DNA of 64,000 nt, taken from Negaprion brevirostris. Lineage: Eukaryota. The stretch lies in NCBI GenBank assembly GCA_030324005.1, contig JARDVH010000157.1:11455374-11519373 (forward strand), written 5' to 3'. Position 1 is the stretch's first letter; each line of letters starts with the position of its first letter. The translations under genes and the position numbers were made by a program. Of the stretch, positions 1 through 12,003 are shown one piece after another. The notes under the pieces were generated by a model, which was given only the letters and a program-made list of their open reading frames with translations, did no database searches and was not told the DNA's origin.

Positions 1-1497
1 ATAGCAGTTTGCTTGGTTTCATGTAAACCTATGTCAGGAGAAAATTATGGGGGTTCCCACCCAATTTTTTAATTCTTCTCTGGCCACAGAGGAAGTGCCA
101 GAGGATTGGATGACAGTGGATGTTCCACTTGTCAGGAATGGTGGCAGAGATAAACTAAGGAATTACAGACCAGTGAGTGTCACATCACTGGTGGCAAAAC
201 TATTGGAGAAAATTCTGAAGGAGAAAATCTCTACGTGGAGAGACAAAACTGGATTAGGAATAATCAGGATGGCTTTGTCAGAAAGTGATCATGCCAAATA
301 AGTTTGACTGAATTTTCCAAGGAGGTGACTGGGAGTTTAGTTGAGGGTAGTGCAGTTAATATAGTTTATATGGATTTCAGCAAAGCCTTTGACAAGGTCC
401 CACATGGGAGACTGATAAAGAAAGTAGAAGCACATTGGATCCAGGGTAACTTGTCAAGGTAGATCCAAAACTGGTAAGAGATAGAGGCTGATGCTAGAAA
501 GCTATTTGCATGACTGGAGGTCAGTGACTAATGGCATAACACAGGGATGAGGTCCCTTATTCTTTGTAATATAAATAAATAATATAGTTGAGAATGTGGG
601 AGCAATGATAAGTAAATTTGCAGATGATACAAAAATTGGCTGGATGGTTAATAGTAAGGAAGAAGGTCTCAGGTTGCAGGAAGATATAGATTGGTTTGAT
701 CACATGGGCAGATCAGTGGCAGATGGAATTTTACCCTGAAAAGTGCAGTGATACACAAGGGAATACTCAATGAATGACAGGACACGAGGAAGCTCAAAGC
801 AACAGATGGATCTCGGGGTACTTGTCTACAGATTCCTGAAGGCGGCAGGGTAGGTTAATGGGATAGTTAAGAAGGCATATGGGACACTTGCCTTTATCAG
901 TTGTGGCATAGATTATAAGAACAGGAAGGTTATGTTATGGCTATACAAAACTTTGGTTAGGCCACAGCTGAAGTCCAGTGTGCAGTTCTGGCCACCTCAC
1001 TATAAGAGCAATGTGATTACATTGGAGAAGATGCAGAGAAGATTAGCAGGATGTTGCCTGAGATGGAGCACTTAAGCTATAAAAAGTGGCTGGATAAGCT
1101 CTTTAGAGCAGAGAGGGCTGAAGGAGAACCTGATTGAAGTGTATATGATTATGAGGGGTAATGACAGGATGAATATGAAGCAGCTATTGTCCCCCTTAGT
1201 TGAAGGATTAGTAATGAGGGAGCATAATTTTAAGATGAGGGACAGGAGGTTTAGAGGAACTTGAGGAAACTCCTTTTCACCCTGAGGGTGCTGAGAATCT
1301 AGAATGCACCTCTTGGGAGGGTATTTGAGGCAGGAAACCTCACAACCTTTAAAAAGTACATGGATGAGCACCTGAGATGCCATAACATTCACAGCTATGG
1401 GCCAAGTCTGGACAGTGGGATTAGTGTAGATTTAGTATAGTTTTTTCAGTGCAGACACGATGGGCTGAAGGGCCTATTCTGTATTGTATGATTCTAT
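1..1497 (+). mobile_element. CR1-type LINE, ORF2 RT domain through 3' tail (decayed)
   Basis: Motifs NYRPVSVTSLVAKLLEKIL, YMDFSKAFDKVPH, KFADDTKI and WADQWQMEF with stops/frameshifts; ends in an ATTCTATG-type tail. Confidence 0.95.
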
Positions 1498-1627
1498 GGC
1501 CAGTATTTTACTGTACCGCCCGCCATGAGAAAGGAAGAGGCTGGAGGGGGGACGCCTATGAAATGGTCAGTTGACCTTGGGCAGGATTTTACAATTTCAG
1601 GATGAGCGAGGCCATATAATCCTGCTA
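1498..1627. mobile_element. Short Harbinger-like MITE inserted in the CR1 tail
   Basis: Degenerate TIRs GGCCAGTATTTTAC / ATATAATCCTGCTA; 3-bp TSD TAT (1495-1497, 1628-1630); removing it restores the ATTCTATG-ACTCTATG tail repeat. Confidence 0.65.
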
Positions 1628-2511
1628 TATGACTCTATGAGAACACATTGGTTACCTGCTGGAAGTTAGCAATGCTCACGGTGATCAGTGTTACTTGTGT
1701 TTAGTGCTATGTGATGGTGCCCACTTCTGGTTCAGTATGGCTGGCAGCAGGTGGTGATACCTTCACATTCATGGCCATTTGCACACAGCGAGTTGACATT
1801 TCTCTGTTGGAGTCAGATGAAGGAACTAGAGAATAGGGATGAGTTTCCTGTGAATAGTGTGAAGCTGAAGTCCATTCACTTTCATGCTCCTTACCAAAAG
1901 CAAAATAGCTCACCAATAGGTGGGCTGGAAATAAGTCACTATTGAAACTGAATAGCAGTTAATATTAGGCTGTAGTGCTGCTAGGTGTTAATTGTATTGG
2001 ATTTGTAGCGTGAGGTGCTGTTGTGCTGGTGAGATGGAGATCTAGCTATTGGAAATTGGGTTTGTGGTGAAGGTGCAGATTGAGGTACTGTTTAAGTCTG
2101 AAATGCCTGCAAATTGTTCCATGAATTATGCATTTGCTCACATTAATAAATGAACTCCATTTATCCAGTTTTCACATTTCCCTTCTTTTAATTTTTGACT
2201 TTTTTCTCCTACGGTCCTCAAGTGCCAGGTTGTGCAAAAATACACTTCTAAACTTTGACAGAGCTCTCATTCTTTGCCTAAGTAGGCACTATTCTTTAGG
2301 CACTGAGTGAGTGCTCACTGGAAATGAGCAGCCTTGCCCACCAGGTGGCAAATGGGAAATTCAGGTATACATTGCCCACTATTTGCTGATTGCTCACAGT
2401 CAGAAAAACAGCCAGTGCACAGATGGTCTTTCCAATGCTGATACATCACCCAGAGCATCAATAGGCCATCAAATATGGCTGGAGCTGAATCAAGACCAAG
2501 TTTGGTCCTAG

Positions 2512-2775
2512 AAGACCATAAGATAGGGGCAGAAGTAGGCCATTTGGCCCACTGAGTCTGCTCAATGACACCATGACTGATCTGATATTACAATCCTCAG
2601 CTCCAATTTCCTGTCTTATCCCCTAACCCTTGATTCTCTTGCTGATTAAAAATCTGTTTGTCCCAGCCTTAAATATACTTAACAACACAGCTTCTACAGC
2701 TTCTGTGGTTAAGAATTCCACAGATTCACCACCCTGGGAGAGAAAAAAAATCCTCCTCATCTGGATCTTAAATAG
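2512..2775 (-). mobile_element. CR1 LINE 3' fragment
   Basis: Minus-strand ORF ...AVEAVLLSIFKAGTNRFLISKRIKG (CR1 ORF2 C-terminus) plus tail. Confidence 0.85.
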
Positions 2776-2901
2776 ATGTCTGCATGGTTTTCCTCCAGGT
2801 GCTCCGGTTTTCTCCCACAGTCCAAAGATGTGCATGTTAGGTGGACTGGCCATGCTAAATTGACCCTTAGTGTCAGGGGGACTAGCTAGGGTAAATGCAT
2901 G
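2776..2901 (+). mobile_element. HE1-like V-SINE fragment running into an N gap
   Basis: V-domain GGTTTTCCTCCAGGTGCTCCGGTTTTCTCCCACAGTCCAAAGATGTGC. Confidence 0.9.
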
Positions 2902-4301
2902 NNNNNNNNNNNNNNNNNNNNNNNNNNNNNNNNNNNNNNNNNNNNNNNNNNNNNNNNNNNNNNNNNNNNNNNNNNNNNNNNNNNNNNNNNNNNNNNNNNN
3001 NNNNNNNNNNNNNNNNNNNNNNNNNNNNNNNNNNNNNNNNNNNNNNNNNNNNNNNNNNNNNNNNNNNNNNNNNNNNNNNNNNNNNNNNNNNNNNNNNNNN
3101 NNNNNNNNNNNNNNNNNNNNNNNNNNNNNNNNNNNNNNNNNNNNNNNNNNNNNNNNNNNNNNNNNNNNNNNNNNNNNNNNNNNNNNNNNNNNNNNNNNNN
3201 NNNNNNNNNNNNNNNNNNNNNNNNNNNNNNNNNNNNNNNNNNNNNNNNNNNNNNNNNCGATGTAGCTTCTTGGGGTGTGCCTTTCTCACTAGGCTAGTAA
3301 TGAAGCTTTATTTCATTTTACTAAGCTTCTTTAACAAGAGGTCATAAAAATGGCACTGACTAATGCACTGAAATATATCTAAGTTATAACTTAAAACAGA
3401 CTCTTGGGTCCATTCAATTGACACTGCTGTTTGCCTTTTTCATGAATGAAAATACTAGACAAACGATTACCCATCCTGTTCACATACGCCTTTTCAATAA
3501 CCACTAATTCAACATATCTTGAATGTTGACACATTTGCTGTCTCAACCGTTAGTCCTAGAAGTGAATTCCAAGACTTATAATTTGCTATTTCTCTCACTT
3601 CCTATTTGAAATATTTTATACTTAATATTATATCTATGATTCCATCATTCTTGGCCCCTCCCCAGACAAAAACAATCCGTTTCTATCTACCTTGCTCCAT
3701 CCGTATTCAGCAATGCTCTGCATCAAATTCTTGGGTTTTTTTTCCTAATTCAGCAACTTTCTTTTTTTCAACCATGCAAGTCTAGTGCTGTCAACATGTT
3801 TGTCTCCTTGTAATTGGAATTGGCTTTCCCTTTTCTCAGCTGTTCTGCTACTCCTGCAATGTAACAAGTGCTGATTGTACACAGATGGGGCTTTAATGTC
3901 AAAGCTGTCAGCATTGCACAAATCTGAGGTGTGAGATTTTCAGTTGTGAGCCATTCACCTGAGGCAACAGCTAGCACCAAAGACGTAAAGTGAGGTAGAA
4001 CCAGAAAGCTTCACAGTGTAGGGACAAGTGGCAGCNNNNNNNNNNNNNNNNNNNNNNNNNNNNNNNNNNNNNNNNNNNNNNNNNNNNNNNNNNNNNNNNN
4101 NNNNNNNNNNNNNNNNNNNNNNNNNNNNNNNNNNNTAGGGACAAGTGTCAGCATTATTCTATTCCTAGGCGATTCAAAAAAAGTAGCTTTCCATTCTCTT
4201 TCCCTTTCTTTTTTCCTTTCTCTTTTCTTCTTCTTTCTCTGTCTGCTTTTTTAATGTAGTTCCCATTCTCTCTTCAAAACTATCTTGTTGTGGGGTTTTG
4301 T

Positions 4302-4572
4302 GGATGGCACAGTGGTTAGCACTGCTGCCTCACAGCATCAGGGACTGGGGTTTGATTCCCAGCTTGGGTCACTGTCTGTGTGGAATTTGCACGTTCTCCC
4401 TGTGTCTCTTGGGTTTCCTTTGGATGCTCCAGTTTCCTCCCACAGTCTGAAAGACATGCTGGTTAGATGCATTGACCCGAGCAGGTGCTGGAGTATGGCA
4501 ACTAGAGGAATTTCACAGTAATTTCATTGCAGTGTTAATGTAAGCCTTACCTGTGACTAATAAATAGACTTT
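4302..4572 (+). mobile_element. V-SINE (HE1-like head) with alternative non-CR1 tail
   Basis: tRNA-like head TGGCACAGTGGTTAGCACTGCTGCCTCACAG, V-domain, tail TTTCACAGTAATTTCATTGCAGTGTTAATGTAAG...TAATAAA. Confidence 0.9.
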
Positions 4573-4849
4573 AAAAAAAAATTGGCTTTTTTATTCCTCA
4601 TTGGCGAGGGAGGGAAAAGCAAAATAATCAATTGAAGAAGCGATTCCAGCATCCAGGTAATGAAATTCCTCTATTAAGGTTGCTGGTCATGCTTAACTAC
4701 CGTAAGTGCTGGAATCTACTACTTTTTCTTCTTTTTCCTTAATCTCCAGTAAGTGAGAGAAAAAAATAGTAATTAGTGGTAGATTTAGGTCCAATGTGAT
4801 TCTGAAGCAGGAAAGTGGAAAATTGTGACCTCATATTCTGTTGAAGAGC

Positions 4850-5190
4850 AGGTGCTGGCCTAGTGCTATTATTACTAGACTATTCATCCAGAAACTCAGA
4901 TAATGTTCTGGGGGTCCAAGTTCAAATCCTGCCATGGCAGCTGGTGGAATTTGAATTCAATAAAAAAAATCTGGAATTAAGAATCTACCATAGACCATTG
5001 TCAGAAAACCCCATCTGATTCACTAATGTCCTTCAGGGAAGGAAATCTTCCATCCTTACCTGGTCAGCCTCCATGTGACTCCAGCACCACAGCAATGTGG
5101 CTGACTCTCAACTGCCTTCAGGCAACTAGGAATGGGCAATAAATGCTGGCCACCCAGTGATGCCCATATCCTATGAATTAATTTTAAAAA
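4850..5190 (+). mobile_element. Old tRNA-derived SINE with an L2/CR1-group LINE tail
   Basis: B-box-like GTTCAAATCC; tail GGGCAATAAATGCTGGCC...GATGCCCATATCC similar to the LINE ends at 21620-21680 and 45720-45775. Confidence 0.8.
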
Positions 5191-5839
5191 AGAATGTGAC
5201 TCCGTAGCACGCGGGGGGAGGGGTGGGGGGTGCTGCCAAAATTAGCAGTCCATCCACCTAATATAAATAAATAATTAGGAATCAATTACGCTTGTTAGCA
5301 AGCCGAGTGACCTGATGCTTGTACCAAAATATAGCTGGCCGAACAGGAAAGCAGGAGTGGTCAGGCAGGCTGTTTGTTAAGGTCCAGATGAGAAAGGATG
5401 GGAAGGAAGGGGGAGAGCCACCTCATTGAGGAGATTCCTGCACTCGTTGTATTACCATCTTCCCCTTCCCCCTGCCCAAGAGGTCACCCCCTCCTTCTGC
5501 ACCACTTGCCCTTCAAAATCCAGCCCCCACCATAGTATTCCTCTCCTAGGGCTCTCAGATACCTCCTAGGACCCCGGGACTTACCTTTCGGGGCAGCCAC
5601 ATTCTTCTTTTCCTCCTTTCTACAATCTCAGCAGAACCCACTACCTGAGCTCTGGTGCTGCTGGGATTGCTGGAACTAACCAGATTGGTTGGCATCTCCT
5701 GACGGTGGGACTTCCTCTCAATGAAGAGTGGAAGCCTCACACTCAATTGATTTAGCCTGTCCCCAGAATGTTCCAGTGATATCAACTTTCAACTGATTTT
5801 CCTTCTGGGGCGGGGTGTGGTTGAATGACCCCCTCCTAA

Positions 5840-6082
5840 AGCATTATTTTGAAGAAGAGAAGGGGAATCATCCTCTGGTACCCTGCCCAGCATTTATCCC
5901 TCAATCAACACTGCAGCGACAGATGAGATGATCATGATCACATTGTAGTGTATGGGCTTTTCCTGTGTTACGATTGGCTGTGATATTGCCTACATTAAAC
6001 AGTAACTACACCTTAAAAGTACTTCATTGGCTGTAAAGCACTTTAAGATATCCTGTTGTGATGTAGATTCAAGTCTTCCTTT
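5840..6082 (+). mobile_element. Deu-domain SINE (SacSINE1/AmnSINE1-like), 3' part
   Basis: GAAGAAGAG..CATTTATCCCTCAATCAAC..ATCACATTG..AAAAGTACTTCATTGGCTGTAAAGCACTTT. Confidence 0.8.
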
Positions 6083-6270
6083 TCTCATTGTAGCATAGAA
6101 CCATTCACTCTGTTTTTGTAGTTCCTCACATTACTCCTTACTGTACAACTTTTCTTCTTATTGTGGGTTCATACTCTTCATTGTCTCTTAGGAAAATACA
6201 GCAGAGTAGGCGGCCATTCAGTCTCTTTGCAAGAGCTATCTGATTAATCCCACTTCCTTATTTCCTAACC

Positions 6271-6583
6271 ACATGGTGGCACAAGGGTTAGCGCTGCTGC
6301 TTCACAGTTCTAGGGACCCAGGTTCAATTCCAATTTCGGGTCACTGTCCGCATGGAGTTTGCACTTTCTCCCCATGTCTGCTGGGTTTCCTGCGGATGCG
6401 ACTGTTTCCTCCCACAGTCCAAAGGTGCGCATGTTAGGTTGATTGGCCTTGCTAAATTGACCCTAGTGTCAGGGAGATTAGCAGGGTAAATATATGGGTT
6501 ACGGGAATAGGGCTTGGGTGGGATGTGGTTGGTATATACTCGTTGGGCTGAATGGCCTCCTTCTGCACTGTAGGAATTCTATG
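6271..6583 (+). mobile_element. HE1-like V-SINE with CR1 tail, inserted in a minus-strand CR1 fragment
   Basis: Head, V-domain and GGGCTGAATGGCCTCCTTCTGCACTGTAGGAATTCTATG tail. Confidence 0.92.
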
Positions 6584-6859
6584 GGGGGTGAATTGTTTCA
6601 TATTATTGTAGCAATACTTTGTGTAAAACTGATTTTTATACTGCTGACCTATTGTCTGGACGGTACTTGATGGGCCAAATGGCCTCCTTCTGTACTGCAG
6701 TGATTCTATGCTTCTATACTCCATAGACCTACAAACATTTCCCTTCCAAATATGCATTCAATTCTTATTTTACAGTTACTATTGGAATCTGGTCCACACA
6801 ACACTTTCAGTCAGTTCATTTGCAGACCACAACACACTGTGTAAAGAAGTTCCCCTCAT

Positions 6860-7243
6860 GAAAAGGATCAAAGGTGACATGAGAAAGAACTTGTTTTCAC
6901 AGTGAGTGGCAAACTGCAACACAGCATTCTGAAAGATACCACACAGGCCTTATTCTAGATTTAAAGGGACCCACAAGCTGGAAAAAACAGGCTGCACAGA
7001 ACAACTAAATTTATATCGGAAACATCAGCAAGTATTTACAACCTAGAGTATAGTGCCTGAGAAGGTGGAGGCAGATTCAATTGTGCCTTTCACAAGGAAA
7101 TTGAATAAGCACTTGAATGGGAAATATCTGCAGGATTACAGGCACAGGGCAGGGAATGGGACTAAAACTCCTCTTGCAGAGAGGCGGCATAGGCTTGATG
7201 GGTCAAATGGCCTCCTCCTTGCTCTGACCGTTCCGTGATTCTA
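6860..7243 (+). mobile_element. CR1 LINE 3' fragment, interrupted at about 6910-7050
   Basis: KRIKGDMRKNLFSQ...PEKVEADSIVPFTRKLNKHL followed by a CR1 tail. Confidence 0.75.
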
Positions 7244-7793
7244 TCTCCCTCCCAGTTCTTTGCTCACTGATCCTTCTCATTTTACAATGCAGTGGCTCAA
7301 TCATAATTCTCCTGAATGCCTTTTTGGTTCTCCTTACTGAGCAACCAAGTAGCGTTACATCATAGATGCCTCACCGTCAGTTTTGATCTTGGTTATTGGT
7401 ATTTTGTTTGGAACAGACAGAAAGTAAACAAATTAAGGTGTAAGAGGGCACGTCTTTGGTGCTTTCTCTTAGTTACTTCATGGACTACAATAGACATCTA
7501 TATCCAGCACCAACAGCTCTTAAACCTATCATTATTCTTCAGCTGTAAAGAAAGTATTCAACAGACTGCCTATTTTGCCCAATGAATTGCTTCACTGTTC
7601 AAATAAAAATCTGCTAACATTTTGGCAAAAGACAATTCCAAAGTTGCAAAACAGCCTTCACCACAATACGATTTGAAATCCCTTTGGGTCTCTTCTTGTA
7701 AATGTCCATTACACACATCAAACTGCATCCCGTATTGCTAAAATCCAAGGTACACAGTCACACTCTTCTATATTACTGTTTACATAAATGTGC

Positions 7794-7824
7794 GTTTCGG
7801 TTTCAGTTTTATTAAAGTTATAAA
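7794..7824 (+). promoter_or_regulatory. ISRE/IRF-like element followed by TATAAA
   Basis: GTTTCGGTTTCAGTTT at 7794-7809 (tandem IRF half-sites, similar to the ISG15 ISRE core GTTTCGGTTTC); TATAAA at 7819-7824; motif match only. Confidence 0.4.
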
Positions 7825-8927
7825 GCCCTCAATTGCCTTTTGCACAAAATGTAATCTATAGAATACTTGAGAGGTAACTGTATACATCAATGCTGCTTGA
7901 TAACATCTATTGGCCTGTGTCGTGGACAGGAACTCACGAGCATGGAGTTAATAATGTCATCTTAAAAAATGCATCTGGCAGAAACGAATGAGAAATTGAA
8001 TAAAAGAGACCGGTGTGGCTATAATGAGGACCATGTGAGTTCCTTCAGACAAGGATTAGGCAGGAGGGGGCTCGTACCGAAGATCACTTTCAATTAGATG
8101 AGCTCAAGGCAAATGGACTTGGCGAAAGATTGAAACAAGAAGGAAGAGGTTTTCATTCACTGCCCTGGGCTGACATGAAGGATTTAGCAGAATGATGTTA
8201 ATTGAAGGCATAGCTGAACATAGGCTTGGCCTGAAAAAAAACTTCAGAGCGTGGAAGCTTTGATTTGCCATAAACTTTANNNNNNNNNNNNNNNNNNNNN
8301 NNNNNNNNNNNNNNNNNNNNNNNNNNNNNNNNNNNNNNNNNNNNNNNNNNNNNNNNNNNNNNNNNNNNNNNNNNNNNNNTACTTCTGGCTCTTGTCTTTC
8401 AGAAAAGTCAATCATGTGTGCAGTATTTGAAAATGCTGTAAAAAAAACAGACAAATTAAGTAACGATAGGCTTGACAAGTCCTTAAGTGTAACAGATATG
8501 GAGTTATGACAGAAATGATTGATGCAAAGGAAAACATCAGTCGATTCCTGAACACAAGACAACAAAAGAATGTTTAATTCTGTCCTGCTCTGCATTATCA
8601 ATACATTTGTGCCCTGCACACCTCTTGTCATTTGTGCTTAGCCAGGCAGCCCTGTGGGGTTGCCAAGTTTTGATACTTATATTTATTTGCTTTTGACAAA
8701 TTCTGATTTTTTTCTTTAACCCCACATGGAGTCACTTAAGCAATGAGGCATGAGGTTTGCGTTTGAGGGAGTGCCCCACGGGAGCGATGGGCAGGTCAAC
8801 AATTGCGTTGTTACCCATCCTCATTAGAGCAGCTAAGAGAAGGTAACAAAAAAGAATCAGTTCCAGGTTTGCCATGGGTTGTATCAAATTCGATGCAGCA
8901 GTGACAGAGGCCTGTGATTGTCTGCAG

Positions 8928-9115
8928 GGTGCTGGACTGGACTACTGACACTTTTAGCTCTAACTCTGCCAGATCTGGGCTGCTACGTCCTCTCAGATGT
9001 CACAGGCCAATTTTACAAGCTGTTGGTGTACAAGTCCAGGAACTCAGAGCGGCCACTTGCAGTCGAAGCACACCACGGGAAAGACTTCTTGCAAAGAAAT
9101 CCTTGGATTTATGAG
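8928..9115 (+). other. Candidate spliced exon (188 nt) of an unidentified gene or lncRNA
   Basis: Acceptor TCTGCAG|G, donor GAG|GTATGG; one frame is open throughout (xCWTGLLTLLALTLPDLGCYVLSDVTGQFYKLLVYKSRNSERPLAVEAHHGKDFLQRNPWIYE); no TE similarity recognised. Confidence 0.4.
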
Positions 9116-10189
9116 GTATGGTGGAGCTTCCTCTCAAACTTCATTAACACTTTGAGGCCTAGGCAGGCAGTGTATCCTGTTTCACTTGTTTCTTATGCTG
9201 TACAGTTGAATTGTGAGCCAATTGCAGCAATATTTCTTCATTTCTCAAGGATCATGCTTGGGTGTGGCACAGATTCAGCTGACGCTGATTACTTTGTCTA
9301 AAGGAACAGTCTTCTTTGTCTGTAAATCCAAACAGTAGGCATTGGCACAAAATCCATCAGGCTGGGGGTTGTGGAGGGAAGGGTGTGCAGAACATCAGAG
9401 CCTAATCAACTCTCGTCCTTACCCAATGTCAATATGAATTCATGTCCCAGCATGCCCCACGGAAGATGAATCAGAAAAGCAGAGCAATGGCTGATTTGCC
9501 ACCATAGCCCAGAGGTACTGAGACCAATTAAAATGTTGCTTCTTTGCCCCTCCACCAATTTGCATGCTTGAGATTGAGCAACTCAAGACAAGGTAATTAT
9601 CTGAATTTGGGATTCTCTGGCACTTAGTCACTGAGCCATCAACACTTGCCCTAATCGAGCTTTGAAAAGCAAATAACACTAATAAATGCATGAGAGGATC
9701 TTGCTTATCCAAATTATATACTCTATTATGAAGAAAAATTCAGTGAAAATAGAAAATTTTTTTTTAGACTTTTAGCCATCTTACATGAAAAAAAATCCAA
9801 GTAAACAAGAAATGTATCCAGGCACCATTTTCCCCCCTCAGTTGCTGCATTCAATTCAGCTAATATAGGGTTCACATTAGCAATGTTGGAATTTAATCAG
9901 CCGAAAACAAGTACACCCAACCACCACTGAGCACTTTATTTGGCTTAAGAAAATATACTTCAAGGTGTAGTGGGGCAGTTGGAAGAGATCAGGAGCTGGC
10001 TCCGTCTGTGCCCCCCCCCCCAACCCNNNNNNNNNNCAGTTCCGTTGAAATATCATGGCCTTCACTCGTTAAGCGCACAGATGGTGTGAATTATTGAAAC
10101 ACCAGAAGACGAGGGTCTGACCTAAGGTTTGCAGGTGTGAATAATGCAACCTCCACCAGAGAGGTGAAAATGTATAGCAGAGCGTAAAA

Positions 10190-10400
10190 TAAAGAAAAAC
10201 TTTCATTTTATCCCATCTTCACAGCCTCAGGACATCCCAAAATGCTTTACAGTTGTAGCTGCTGTAACACAGGAAACTCAGCAGCAGATCTGCGAACTGC
10301 AAGATCCCAGAAACAGCAATGTGATAAATTTTTTTAAATGTTGTTGTTTGAGAGTTAAATGTTCAGCTGAACACCGAGAACTCTGTTTGCTTTTACAAAA
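10190..10400 (-). mobile_element. Deu-domain SINE fragment
   Basis: Reverse complement of the Deu-SINE 3' region (CAGCCTCAGGACATCCCAAAATGCTTTACAG...AAACAGCAATGTGATAA). Confidence 0.75.
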
Positions 10401-10419
10401 ACAAAATAGTGCGACGGCA

Positions 10420-10515
10420 GGAAATCTGAAGAAAGGTCATTAACCTGAAATGTTAATGATCTCTCTGTTCACAGATGCTGCCTGATTTGCTGAGTATTTC
10501 CAGTATTTCTTTCTC
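10420..10515 (+). mobile_element. Penelope-like element 3' terminus with a degenerate minimal hammerhead motif
   Basis: CTGAAGA-AAGGT..ACCT-GAAA-TGTT, then CACAGATGCTGCCTGATTTGCTGAGTATTTCCAG, similar to the PLE ends at 17630-17720 and 55070-55150. Confidence 0.7.
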
Positions 10516-10870
10516 TGCTGATTTTCTTTTATACAGTGTGATGGGAGATTTTTGCAGAGACCTGAGAAAACAGACAGGATCTTGGGTTAATATCTCTTGT
10601 AAAACAATTCGTCCAAAAGTCCTTTTGTGCTGCAGTGGAGTGTCAGCCATGATTGGGTGCTCAAGTCTCTTGAAAATGACTTGAAGGCTGAAAGGCAAGA
10701 GTGCTACCAACTGAACCATAACTGATACACAGGAGTATCCTAATGATGTATGTGACACGCATCCCATTATGTTGCAGCCCTGTCTCCAACAGCTGACTCC
10801 GAAGGCCAAGTGGCAAATGAAGACAAAAAAAAACCTCTCCTTGCACCACTTGCTGTCAGTTCATTCTAGT

Positions 10871-11278
10871 TGTGATGGAACTGAGATTTCAGCTCAACAT
10901 AGATACACAAGCAACGTGATCTTTGGAGGAAGTATGACTGAGATGACAATGTTGGCCTGTCTTCATGGTGCTGCACCGGTCTTCATATCATGAGGAAACC
11001 ACAGAGCGAACTGGTTAATGTGATGAATGTGGGGTCTGTCTCTTTAAGACAGCACAGCAGAACAGGGTCAGCTGGCTTGAGGGACTAATACAGAATGGAG
11101 TCTTCTCTTGTGCAGAATCATTGAGCTGCCATGTAGTAAGCATGTGAGAACTGGGGATCTGATCCAAGGCAGTCTTGACTGCTATCCCCGTACTTGATTT
11201 CTCTATCAATAAATACCCTTTATTCCTAATGAAGCCTCAAGTACCTTTATGTCACCTGAGGGGTGCCTTGCATTTACA
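10871..11278 (+). mobile_element. Possible old solo LTR
   Basis: TGTGAT...TTTACA termini and AATAAA about 70 bp from the end; no clean TSD. Confidence 0.3.
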
Positions 11279-11348
11279 GTTAAATTATGGAACTATTTTC
11301 AGTGGAGTTGGTACCGCATTAAACATGATGAAATTATCAAAATACAAA

Positions 11349-11570
11349 AGATAAACTGAGAAGATGTGGGTTTATTAGGGTTGTGGTCAATACAACTGTT
11401 TAGGTTGAAAGGCGATAAATGTTTTTGGGGTTGTTCATATGAGTTTATTTCACTTCCCCACTACTCGCAATTATCTTCTACTAAAACTGCTGCCTTACGT
11501 TCGGGTGTGCTAACTGAACCACACCCACATGCCCCCCGATCCTTGGATAACTCATCCTTTGGTGAGTCAT
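11349..11570. promoter_or_regulatory. Candidate haematopoietic/immune enhancer (motif cluster)
   Basis: GATA (11349, 11471), RUNX (11382, 11517), ETS-IRF composite GGAAGTGAAA on minus (11448-11457), KLF CCACACCC (11519), AP-1 TGAGTCA (11563). Confidence 0.4.
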
Positions 11571-11767
11571 TTCCTATTCAAAATTAGATTTAAATGATTC
11601 TTAAGAGAATAAAAATTCTACTGTACTAGGAGCCATCTGAAGGTCGATGTTACAAGTGAGAACTCCTGGGACAGAGCCTTGCATGTTGGGAGTGCATAGC
11701 AAAGATAATGGAAATTCACAGGCAGTGATTTCCCGATGTTTTCTTTAAGGCTCAAAGTCTAAAAAGT

Positions 11768-12003
11768 AAAGTTAAAGTTTATTTATTAGTGACAACTAGG
11801 CTTACATTCACATGCAATGAAGTTACTGTGAAAATCCCCTAGTTGCCACACTCTGGTGCCTGTTCGGGTACGCTGAGGGTCAGTTTAGTATGGCTAATAC
11901 ACCTAAGCAGCATGTCTTTGGACTGTGAGCCAAACTGGGAATTGAACCTGGTCCCTGGCACTGTGAGGCAACAGTGCTAACCACTGTGCCACCGCGCCAG
12001 CCC
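11768..12003 (-). mobile_element. V-SINE with alternative tail, internally deleted
   Basis: Reverse-complement head CTAACCACTGTGCCACCGCG and tail GCAATGAAGTTACTGTGAAAATCCCCTAG. Confidence 0.88.

Noticed and set aside
2870-3347. Long ORFs spanning N runs (also near 13200-13600, 14570-14900, 17900-18360)
   Set aside because: Artefacts of stop-free N gaps
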